Below, in pieces: positions 40,263 through 48,253 of a stretch of 64,000 nt of DNA (positions are counted from its first letter, which is position 1; every line of letters begins with the position of its first letter). The stretch is from an uncultured Gammaproteobacteria bacterium (GTDB lineage Bacteria; Pseudomonadota; Gammaproteobacteria; JACCXJ01). The DNA is taken from positions 1 to 64,000 of the forward strand of contig CAVXTM010000015.1 of assembly GCA_963764725.1 (NCBI GenBank), read 5' to 3'. The position numbers and the translations under genes were made by a program. The notes under the pieces were generated by a model. That model saw only the letters and a list, made by a program, of their open reading frames with translations, was not told the origin of the DNA and did not search any database.

Positions 40263-41303
40263 ATGCCCGTTCGCTTAGGCGATCTTGCACGGCATATCGG
40301 AGCGACGCTCCACGGTGACGAGGGCTGTCTGGTCGCGAACATAGCGACGCTCGATACGGCCCAAGCCGGCGATGTATCGTTTTTGTTTGACCGGCGTTAC
40401 CGGAATTTCCTGAAGTTCACCGCGGCCTCCGCGGTCATATTGCATCCGGGCGAGTTGAGCGCATGCCCTGTCGCCGCGCTGGTCACCGCGGATCCCTATC
40501 TGGCCTATGCGCGCGCTTCCAGCTTTCTGAGCCCGCCCCCTGCCTTCGATCCCGGCATTCATACTAACGCATGTATCGCTCCTACGGCCAGCGTGGATGC
40601 GAGCGCGCATGTGGGGGCTTTCGCGGTCGTTGAAGAGGGCGCTCGGATCGGGTCCCGGGCTTTCATCGGTCCGGGCTGTATGATCGGGCGCGCGGTGCGG
40701 ATAGGCGATCACTCTTGTCTTAGCGCACGCGTTACGGTCATCAGTGGCGCGAGCATCGGACAGCGCTGCCTGATTCACCCCGGGGTGGTGATCGGCGCGG
40801 ACGGATTCGGTCTTGCCCGCGATCAAGGCGTGTGGACGAAGATCCCGCAGAACGCGAGCGTGCGCATCGGCGATGACGTGGAGATTGGGGCGAATACGAC
40901 CATCGACCGCGGTACGTTCAAGGATACCGTCATAGAAGACGGCGTTAAGCTCGATAATCTCATCCAAATCGGACATAATGTGCGTATCGGTGCACACACC
41001 GCTATCGCGGGTTGTGTGGGCGTGTCGGGTAGCACGCGGATCGGTAGGCGTTGCATGATAGGCGGTGGCGCAGGCATCACGGGACACATCGAGATTGCGG
41101 ATGATGTCGTGATCAAGGGCGCCGCAGCGGTCACCAAATCCATCCCCGTCGCGGGTGTTTATTCCTCCGTTTGGCCGGCGCGAGAGGACAAGGAATGGCG
41201 GCGGAAGGTCGCCCGCTTTAATCGCCTCGATAAGGTGGCGATCCAACGCCGGAACAGTGCGCGCGGCGGCGCGAATGCCGGAAACGAGGGGGAGAGCTTG
41301 TGA
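40263..41303 (+). CDS. lpxD: UDP-3-O-(3-hydroxyacyl)glucosamine N-acyltransferase
   Basis: Hexapeptide repeats; IGADGFG, EIGANTTIDRG and DNLIQIGHN motifs. Confidence 0.97.
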   Translation: MPVRLGDLARHIGATLHGDEGCLVANIATLDTAQAGDVSFLFDRRYRNFLKFTAASAVILHPGELSACPVAALVTADPYLAYARASSFLSPPPAFDPGIHTNACIAPTASVDASAHVGAFAVVEEGARIGSRAFIGPGCMIGRAVRIGDHSCLSARVTVISGASIGQRCLIHPGVVIGADGFGLARDQGVWTKIPQNASVRIGDDVEIGANTTIDRGTFKDTVIEDGVKLDNLIQIGHNVRIGAHTAIAGCVGVSGSTRIGRRCMIGGGAGITGHIEIADDVVIKGAAAVTKSIPVAGVYSSVWPAREDKEWRRKVARFNRLDKVAIQRRNSARGGANAGNEGESL

Positions 41304-41329
41304 ATAAGCAGGCGCCGCGAAGGCGATAG

Positions 41330-41776
41330 ATGGTGCTCGACATTCAGAAAATACGGCGGCTGTTACCGCACCGCTATCCGATCCTGCTTATTGATCGGGT
41401 GCTCGAGTGCGTGGATGGTCAATCGCTGGTCGCGGTTAAAAACGTCACTATTAACGAACCTTTTTTCAGCGGTCATTTTCCCGATCGGCCGATCATGCCG
41501 GGCGTGCTGATCCTGGAAGCGCTGGCACAAGCGACGGCGCTGCTGGCCTTTAGCTCCGGGCAGATCAAGTCCGATCCCGAAGCGATTCATTACCTCGTCG
41601 GTATCGATAAGGCACGCTTCAAAAAGCCGGTGGTTCCGGGCGACCAACTGGTGTTATATGTGCAGTTGGAGCGCGAGATCCGCGGGATCTATCGCTGCGA
41701 CGCCATCGCCCGCGTGGACGGTAAACCGGTGGCCACGGCCAAAATCATGGCAGCCCATTCGGTTGTTAACCGTTGA
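41330..41776 (+). CDS. fabZ: 3-hydroxyacyl-ACP dehydratase
   Basis: [13 protein letters not shown] and [19 protein letters not shown] motifs. Confidence 0.98.
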   Translation: MVLDIQKIRRLLPHRYPILLIDRVLECVDGQSLVAVKNVTINEPFFSGHFPDRPIMPGVLILEALAQATALLAFSSGQIKSDPEAIHYLVGIDKARFKKPVVPGDQLVLYVQLEREIRGIYRCDAIARVDGKPVATAKIMAAHSVVNR

Positions 41777-42549
41777 TAGACGCGCAAGCGATCGTAGATC
41801 CCAGCGTTAGGCTTGGAAGCGAAGTAGCGATTGGGCCCTGGTCTCTCATCGGGCCCGATGTGGAGATCGGGGACGGCACCTGGATTGGACCGCATGTCGT
41901 GATCCAGGGGCCGGCGCGCATCGGCCGAAACAATCGGATTTTCCAGTTTTGCTCGCTGGGCGCGGATCCGCAGGATAAGAAGTACGGCGGAGAGCGCGAT
42001 CAAACCCGTCTCGAGATCGGCGATCGCAATACCTTACGCGAATTCTGTACCATGAACCGCGGTACGGTCCAAGGCGGGGGGGTGACGCGGATCGGGGATG
42101 ACAACTGGATCATGGCCTACGTGCACATAGCTCACGACTGCATCGTCGGCAGTCATACCGTGTTCGCGAACGGCGCCTCGCTCGCGGGTCACGTCATCGT
42201 GGAAGACTATGCGATTCTCGGAGGCTTCACGCTGGTGCATCAGTTTTGCCGCGTCGGTGCGTATAGCTTCGCGGCGGTCTCGTCGGTCGTCGTCAAAGAC
42301 GTTCCGCCCTACGTGATGATATCTCAGAAGCCGGCGAAGGTGCACGGACTGAATCGGGAAGGGCTCAAACGCAACGGATTGAGCAATGAAACCATCAATC
42401 TACTGCGGCGAGCCTATCGCATCTTGTACCGTGAGAATCTCACCGTCTCCGAATCGATCGAGCGGCTCAAGACCCTCGCGCCCGAGTCCCAGGAGGTCGC
42501 GCGCTTGATCGACTTCGTAGGAAAATGTACCCGTGGGATCATTCGCTAA
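41773..42549 (+). CDS. lpxA: Acyl-ACP--UDP-N-acetylglucosamine O-acyltransferase (copy 1)
   Basis: [26 protein letters not shown] and KDVPPY motifs; TTG start overlaps fabZ. Confidence 0.96.
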   Translation: MIDAQAIVDPSVRLGSEVAIGPWSLIGPDVEIGDGTWIGPHVVIQGPARIGRNNRIFQFCSLGADPQDKKYGGERDQTRLEIGDRNTLREFCTMNRGTVQGGGVTRIGDDNWIMAYVHIAHDCIVGSHTVFANGASLAGHVIVEDYAILGGFTLVHQFCRVGAYSFAAVSSVVVKDVPPYVMISQKPAKVHGLNREGLKRNGLSNETINLLRRAYRILYRENLTVSESIERLKTLAPESQEVARLIDFVGKCTRGIIR

Positions 42550-42612
42550 GCGCCCCGGTAGGCGCGCTGTCTTGAATAACTACGGTTGTCGGTAGACCCC
42601 GCGATTCCCACC

Positions 42613-43626
42613 ATGCAAAGGTTGCGAGCGGCCGTCATCGGCGCGGGCTATCTCGGTCGATTCCACGCACAGAAATATGCCGCGTTGCCTGATGTCGATC
42701 TGTGCGCGGTGGTCGACCTCATCGAAGAACGGGCTCTGGAAGTTGCGACCCCCTATCGAGCCCAAGCGCTCGCCGATTTTCGGTGCATACTCGATATGGT
42801 CGATGTGGTGTCGGTGGTCGTGCCGCCCGAGTCGCACTACGCGGTGGCGAAAGATTGCTTGGCGGCCGGTGTGCATGTGCTCGTGGAAAAACCGATGACG
42901 CGCACGCTCGCCGAGGCCGACGAGCTGATCGCATTGGCCCGGCGTCAAGGATTGGTATTGCAGGTGGGGCACCTCGAACGGTTTAACCCCGCGTTACTCG
43001 CTTTACGCGGTATTCTGCACCAACCGATGTTCATCGAATCCCACCGCATCGCCTCCTTCCAGCCGCGCGGGGCGGGGGTGAGCGTGGTGATGGATCTGAT
43101 GATCCACGACATCGACATCATTCTCAATATCGTCGCGAGCGAGGTCGCGGCCATCCGCCCGATGGGGCTTTCCGTCCTGACGGCGGAGGTGGATATCGCG
43201 AACGCGCGGCTGGAGTTCGCCGATGGTTGCGTGGCCAACGTGACTGCTAGCCGTGTCAGCCACAGTCCGCTGCGCAAGATCCGGATCTTTCAAAGGGATT
43301 GTTATCTTTCCATCGATTACTTGGAACACAAGGTCACCATCGCCAGGCGCGAGCGGGATCGCGCTTCGGGGACAGGCGCGATGCGTATCGTTACCGAAGA
43401 AAAGAATATCGAGCGCGCCGATGCGCTACTGCTTGAGTTACAAGCTTTCGTGCAAACCGTGATCAATAAGACGCCCCCTGTCGTCTCGGGAGAAGACGGG
43501 CGGCGCGCGCTCGCCGTCGCACTCGCGATCACCGGCTCCATCGAGCACCGCTTGCTGAGGTCAAACGCAACCTCCGGCGCCACCCACCTGAGCCATGGCG
43601 AAGATCCATCCGACCGCCCTCATTGA
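42613..43626 (+). CDS. Gfo/Idh/MocA oxidoreductase, probable UDP-GlcNAc 3-dehydrogenase (GnnA-like)
   Basis: GAGYLGRFHAQKY, VEKPM, GHLERFNP, DLMIHDID and TASRVS motifs; position between lpxA and lpxB as for gnnA. Confidence 0.85.
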   Translation: MQRLRAAVIGAGYLGRFHAQKYAALPDVDLCAVVDLIEERALEVATPYRAQALADFRCILDMVDVVSVVVPPESHYAVAKDCLAAGVHVLVEKPMTRTLAEADELIALARRQGLVLQVGHLERFNPALLALRGILHQPMFIESHRIASFQPRGAGVSVVMDLMIHDIDIILNIVASEVAAIRPMGLSVLTAEVDIANARLEFADGCVANVTASRVSHSPLRKIRIFQRDCYLSIDYLEHKVTIARRERDRASGTGAMRIVTEEKNIERADALLLELQAFVQTVINKTPPVVSGEDGRRALAVALAITGSIEHRLLRSNATSGATHLSHGEDPSDRPH

Positions 43627-44371
43627 TCCTGGCGCCCAACTTGCGGAAGGCGTCGCGGTCGGACCGTTCGCGGTGATAGAAAATGATGTCAGCATCGGGC
43701 TCGAGTGCCGGATCGGCGCCCATGCGGTCGTTAAACGTTATTCGCGTCTTGGTCGGGGTAATACCATTCACGAGCACGCGATCATCGGAGGCGATCCGCA
43801 AGATCTGTCGTTCAAGCCTTGCGCCAGCTATGTCACGATCGGCGATGACAACGTGATCCGCGAAGGCGTGAGCATACACCGCGCGACCCTTGAGGGCGCA
43901 GCCACCTCACTCGGTGATGGAAACTTTCTCATGGCCAACGCCCATGTAGCGCATGATTGCACCTTGGGTAACTTCGTCGTCCTTGCCAATAGCGCCGCCC
44001 TCGGGGGCCACGTCTCCGTCGGGGATCGCGCGTTTATATCGGCGAACGCGGCGGTCCATCAATTCTGCCGGATCGGCCGCATCGCCATGATCTCGGGTCT
44101 TGCGGGTGTCAACATGGATTGTCTGCCGTTCACGCTAGCCACCGGCGCCCCGGCGCGAGTGATCGGGCTCAACCGTGTCGGTTTGCAGCGCGCGGGGGTG
44201 AACGCCCAAGAGATCTCAGCGCTGAAACGCGCTTACCAGTTGTTATTCTTGTCCGGCATGGGCACCCGCGATGCGCTCGCGGAGTTTGCAAGCTCACCTT
44301 TCGCGCTGGTACGGGAGTGGGGTGAATTCATCGCGGGCTCGACACGCGGGTTCGCGCGCCAACGAGGCTAA
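43595..44371 (+). CDS. lpxA: Second acyl-ACP--UDP-GlcNAc(3N) acyltransferase, LpxA paralog
   Basis: IHPTALIDP, PQDLSF, MANAHVAHDC, LGGHV, VHQFCRIG and GLNRVGL motifs. Confidence 0.9.
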   Translation: MAKIHPTALIDPGAQLAEGVAVGPFAVIENDVSIGLECRIGAHAVVKRYSRLGRGNTIHEHAIIGGDPQDLSFKPCASYVTIGDDNVIREGVSIHRATLEGAATSLGDGNFLMANAHVAHDCTLGNFVVLANSAALGGHVSVGDRAFISANAAVHQFCRIGRIAMISGLAGVNMDCLPFTLATGAPARVIGLNRVGLQRAGVNAQEISALKRAYQLLFLSGMGTRDALAEFASSPFALVREWGEFIAGSTRGFARQRG

Positions 44372-44513
44372 GGAAGCTCTGCAAGAGTGTCGCGAGGTAG
44401 CCCAGATGCGCGAAGCTGCGCAGCGAGTCGCGAGACATATCAGGTAGATAGGCGAGCGAGGAGCGAGCACGCGACAAGCAGATGGGCTGCGCAGTAACTA
44501 TTGCAGAGCTTCT
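44372..44513. mobile_element. 142-bp MITE with IS5-like terminal inverted repeats and CTAA target duplication
   Basis: CTAA|GGAAGCTCTGCAAGAGT ... ACTATTGCAGAGCTTCT|CTAA; no ORF inside. Confidence 0.82.
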
Positions 44514-44516
44514 CTA

Positions 44517-45650
44517 ATGCGCATCGGGATCGTCGCGGGCGAGGCATCGGGTGATCGCCTGGGTGCGGGTCTCATAGCGGCGCTGCGCTGCCGTGATGAT
44601 CATCTTGAAGTCGAGGGCATTGGGGGCGCGCGCATGGAGGAGGCCGGATGCAAGGTGCTTTACCCGATGGACCGGTTGGCCGTCATGGGCGTCTTCGAGG
44701 TTCTCGGGCGTTATCGCGAGTTAGGGGCGGCGCGTGCTCGGCTTGCGGAACATTTCCTCTCTAGCCCTCCGGATCTCTTCGTCGGGATCGATGCGCCCGA
44801 GTTCAATCTCGGCCTGGAAGAACGCCTGCGGGCCGCCGGGGTACGCACCGTGCACTATGTGAGCCCGCAGGTTTGGGCCTGGAGGCCGTGGCGGATCGGG
44901 CGGATTGGCCGTGCGGTGGACTTGATGCTGGTGTTGTTTCCCTTCGAGGAGAATTTGTACCAATCGCACGGCATCCCCGTGAAGTTGGTCGGCCATCCGC
45001 TCGCCGATGAGATTCCCGATGCTAACGATAAGGAAGCGGCTCGCGCGGCTTTAAGCCTGTCTCCGGATCGGCCGGTGGTCGCGCTGCTGCCCGGTAGCCG
45101 AGACAACGAGTTGCGATATCACGTCGAACTGTTTTTGCAATCCGCCCTTGAACTGTGCGCGGCGCGGCCCGATCTCCAGTGCGCGTTCGCCGCCTCGGGG
45201 CGCGAGGGCCGCTTATACATCGAAGGCTTCCTCCAACGGCTCGACCCGGAAATCCCGATTAAGGTATTTGAACACCGTACGCGCGAGGTAATCGCGGCCG
45301 CCGATGTGGTGCTTACCGTGTCCGGCACGGCGTCACTCGAGACGCTGCTCGTCGGCCGGCCCATGGTGGTGAGCTATCGCATGTCGGCGTTGAGTTATCT
45401 CGTCGCACGGCTTCTGGTACGCGCGCCTTATGTTTCGCTGCCGAATCTGCTAGCCGGCAAGCGTCTTGTGCCCGAGATCCTCCAGGGCGAGGCCGAACCG
45501 CGGCGCCTGGCGCGGGAAGTGTCGCGTTGGCTTGACGAGCCGGTCGCGGTGGAGGATTTGCAACAAGCGTTTTCCGCGATCCGCCTGGTATTGCGGCGGC
45601 AAGCCAGCCACGCCGCAGCGGAGGCGCTATTCGATCTCGCGGGTAAGTAA
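44517..45650 (+). CDS. lpxB: Lipid-A-disaccharide synthase
   Basis: AGEASGD, IDAPEFN, YVSPQVWAWR, LPGSR and SGTASLE motifs. Confidence 0.97.
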   Translation: MRIGIVAGEASGDRLGAGLIAALRCRDDHLEVEGIGGARMEEAGCKVLYPMDRLAVMGVFEVLGRYRELGAARARLAEHFLSSPPDLFVGIDAPEFNLGLEERLRAAGVRTVHYVSPQVWAWRPWRIGRIGRAVDLMLVLFPFEENLYQSHGIPVKLVGHPLADEIPDANDKEAARAALSLSPDRPVVALLPGSRDNELRYHVELFLQSALELCAARPDLQCAFAASGREGRLYIEGFLQRLDPEIPIKVFEHRTREVIAAADVVLTVSGTASLETLLVGRPMVVSYRMSALSYLVARLLVRAPYVSLPNLLAGKRLVPEILQGEAEPRRLAREVSRWLDEPVAVEDLQQAFSAIRLVLRRQASHAAAEALFDLAGK

Positions 45651-45771
45651 TTTGACGTACGCCGAACCCCTATCGGCAAGGAGGCTTTACGGAAGTGGTT
45701 AGTGCCGCGGGATCAAAAAAGACGTGGGCCGACATTCGCAACGCGTTATCCGGGTGGAATCCTGAGATTAG

Positions 45772-46092
45772 ATGAACGCCGATACATTTAGGGACATCCA
45801 GAAACTCGAATCCGACCTATGGGAAGCCGCGGACCACCTCCGCGCGAACTCCAAGCTCACCTCCAGCGACTACTTCATGCCGGTCCTGGGGGTGATATTC
45901 CTACGACACGCCGCCAACCGCTTCGCGGCCGCCGGTCGGCAGATCGAGGGAGATCGGGCCGCTGGCCGGATGCCGAAGCGCAAGGTGTTGCCGGTCGACT
46001 ACCTCCGCCGTCGGGCGGCCGCCGCAACCCCCTACGGGTCCCGCAGCCTATCTCGGGGCAAGACCGGGACAAAGCCGGTGCAAAGTACTTGA
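45772..46092 (+). pseudogene. Type I restriction-modification HsdM N-terminal fragment
   Basis: LESDLWEAADHLRANSKL...YFMPVLGVIFLRHA; similarity stops after about 80 aa; no methyltransferase motifs. Confidence 0.85.
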
Positions 46093-46189
46093 TGCGGCGT
46101 GTGCTACTCGTTGCGAATGGGCGCCCGCCTCCTACCAAGACGACGGATCGGCCTTTCATTTCATGTTAGCCCGTGGTGAGTAGGGCGTC

Positions 46190-47311
46190 GTGATACGCAA
46201 CAAGATAGGACGGAACAATCCCTGCTGGTGTGGCTCCGGAATCAAATACAAGAAATGTCATCTTGCCAGGGAAGGCGAACCGGAATTGGCGATTCCAGCT
46301 ATGGCGAATCGGCTCCGTCGATTCTTCAAGGTCAAGCAGTGTCTTCATCCGCTCGCGTCGAAGGAGACGTGCGGAAAAGTTATCGCGGCGCATACCATTC
46401 AGCGCAGAGGCGCTCTCGAGGACATCCTCGACGAGTCTGGGCACTGTCTGACGTTCTTTCCACCCGGCAGTGGCGGATCAGAAGAGCCGCAGCGTCGCGG
46501 GTGGAAGGAAGCATCGACTTTTGCCGGGTTCTGCGAGCGCCACGACGGCCCGGTTTTCGCCCCGCTCGAGACCGCGCCTTTTGTGGGTTCGGCCGAGCAG
46601 TCCTTTCTTCTTGCCTATCGCGCTGAGTGCCACGAGCTCTATCAAAAGCAAGCGTCTGACGGGTCCCACGAACCGATTCGACAGCTCTTGGATCGCGGTA
46701 AGCCTCCAGAGATTCAACGGACCATCCAGGAAATGCAGCGGTGGCAAGGGGCTGGCGTTCGAAAGGGGTTAGACGAATCCCGCCGGAACAAAGCCAGAAT
46801 GGACGCGGAGTTGCTCGCGGGCAACTTTGCCGGCTGGAATCGGCTGTTTATCCGTTTCGACGGACCAATAAGCATCGTCAGTACAGGAGCACCCACCCCG
46901 AACAGGAGTCTCGCAGGAGACGTCCTGCAGACCCTGCATGACCCCGCCGCCCAGATTCAGAGGCTCTATCTAGGCGTCGTGCGCGTCGCCGGCGGTGGTG
47001 CGGTCGTACTAGTGTGGCGGACAGAGGATCGTGCGCCGGTGAGCTTCGTGTCGGAGTTGCGAGGCTTGCCAGCGGAGATACTCTCAGCCACCCTGGCCCA
47101 GTTCATGTTTGCCTATATTGAGAACTCGTATTTCTCCTCCGCATGGTGGCGTTCGCTTTCGGACGAACACAAGGAGCATGTCCGAACGCTCGCGACAATC
47201 GGCAATCCCTACTACACTGCGTGGGAGTACGTTCCAGACTTGGGCGTGCCTTGGCGCATCACACACCTCACCGATGAATGGCCCGCTATCGAAAAGCAAA
47301 ACGATACTTAA
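46190..47311 (+). CDS. SEC-C motif protein with Cys/His-rich (possibly HNH-like) domain
   Basis: KIGRNNPCWCGSGIKYKKCH, then CLHP..C..AHTIQ and ASTFAGFCERHD. Confidence 0.8.
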   Translation: MIRNKIGRNNPCWCGSGIKYKKCHLAREGEPELAIPAMANRLRRFFKVKQCLHPLASKETCGKVIAAHTIQRRGALEDILDESGHCLTFFPPGSGGSEEPQRRGWKEASTFAGFCERHDGPVFAPLETAPFVGSAEQSFLLAYRAECHELYQKQASDGSHEPIRQLLDRGKPPEIQRTIQEMQRWQGAGVRKGLDESRRNKARMDAELLAGNFAGWNRLFIRFDGPISIVSTGAPTPNRSLAGDVLQTLHDPAAQIQRLYLGVVRVAGGGAVVLVWRTEDRAPVSFVSELRGLPAEILSATLAQFMFAYIENSYFSSAWWRSLSDEHKEHVRTLATIGNPYYTAWEYVPDLGVPWRITHLTDEWPAIEKQNDT

Positions 47312-47315
47312 CTCA

Positions 47316-47350
47316 GTGAGGTAAGCCCCCAGCTTTGCCGGGGGACTCAC
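47316..47350. repeat. REP / IS200-IS605-end-like hairpin
   Basis: GTGAG-GTAAGCCCCCAGCTTTGCCGGGGGA-CTCAC imperfect palindrome directly after the SEC-C gene stop. Confidence 0.55.
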
Positions 47351-47472
47351 CGGATAACGGTGGCGACATGCCGGAGCCAACTCATGCATGCAGGCGGCAC
47401 CAGGCGCGCTGCGCGACGGCGCCGGGAAATGACCCCGCTGCCGCGGCTATATTGGCCCAGCGCTTCCCATCC

Positions 47473-48018
47473 TTAGCGGCGGAGCAAGACATACACGGCG
47501 CCTGTCCCGCCGTCCGCGGGGCGGGCTGATGAAAATGCCAGTATGTCCTTGCGGCGCTGGAGCCAGAGGTTCAATTTACCTTTGAGCACCGGCTGCTTCT
47601 GGAACGATCCATGGCCCTTGCCATGGATAATGATCACGCAACGGTGGCCTGCCATGGTCGCGGACCGCAAGAACTGAGACAAGGCTTCCTTGGCGAGGGG
47701 TACCGTCATACCGTGGAGGTCGAGCTGCGCCTGCACGCTAAAATCACCCCGCCGCAGCCGCCGCACGACTTCCCGCCGCACACCGCGGGCGAGGAAGTGC
47801 AACTCCTCGCCGGTCTCCAGATCGCTAGCGTCATAGTCGTCACTCAAAAGCGCCTGCATGACCCGCAAGGTCTCGAGACGCGCCTGTTCCGGGATCGGCT
47901 CGGGGCGCGGCCGTTCGGGGAAGACGCTGTCATGAACGATGGGTTTCACCTCTCCCACGGCGTCGCGGAAGAGGGTGATCTCTTCGGTGGAGGGGGTCTT
48001 GACCATAGACTTGTCCAC
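47473..48018 (-). CDS. Smr/MutS2 C-terminal domain endonuclease
   Basis: LRRGDF...LDLHG, IIHGKG and GGTGAVYVLL motifs. Confidence 0.93.
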   Translation of the reverse strand: MDKSMVKTPSTEEITLFRDAVGEVKPIVHDSVFPERPRPEPIPEQARLETLRVMQALLSDDYDASDLETGEELHFLARGVRREVVRRLRRGDFSVQAQLDLHGMTVPLAKEALSQFLRSATMAGHRCVIIIHGKGHGSFQKQPVLKGKLNLWLQRRKDILAFSSARPADGGTGAVYVLLRR

Positions 48019-48146
48019 GGCGGCGGCGCATTTCGCTTTTAGAGGCTGACATTCTGCGCGAAATCAGAGCGTAAGCCAACGGTTACCTGTAGTTCTCCCC
48101 GTGATCTTCTACGAAATTGACAGCGGGAAAACCGTGGGGTTCCGTA

Positions 48147-48253
48147 AAATTTATTCCCCGCGGCGCGGGAACCTTTGCCATGGGGTTTCCAAAGGGGAGA
48201 GGCGCAGCTCACCCCTTTGGTTGGTCATACCCCGGGCGAAATCAAATTGATTT
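48147..48253 (+). repeat. Palindromic intergenic element, copy C (internally shortened)
   Basis: ATGGGGTTTCCAAAGGGGAGAGGCGCAGCTCACCCCTTTGG core; its end overlaps the purL stop. Confidence 0.85.

Noticed and set aside
46156-47350. Complete integron cassette around the SEC-C gene
   Set aside because: GTTAGCC and ACTTAAC fit the core consensus separately but are not complementary, and no full attC hairpin or intI is visible; kept only as a weak hint.
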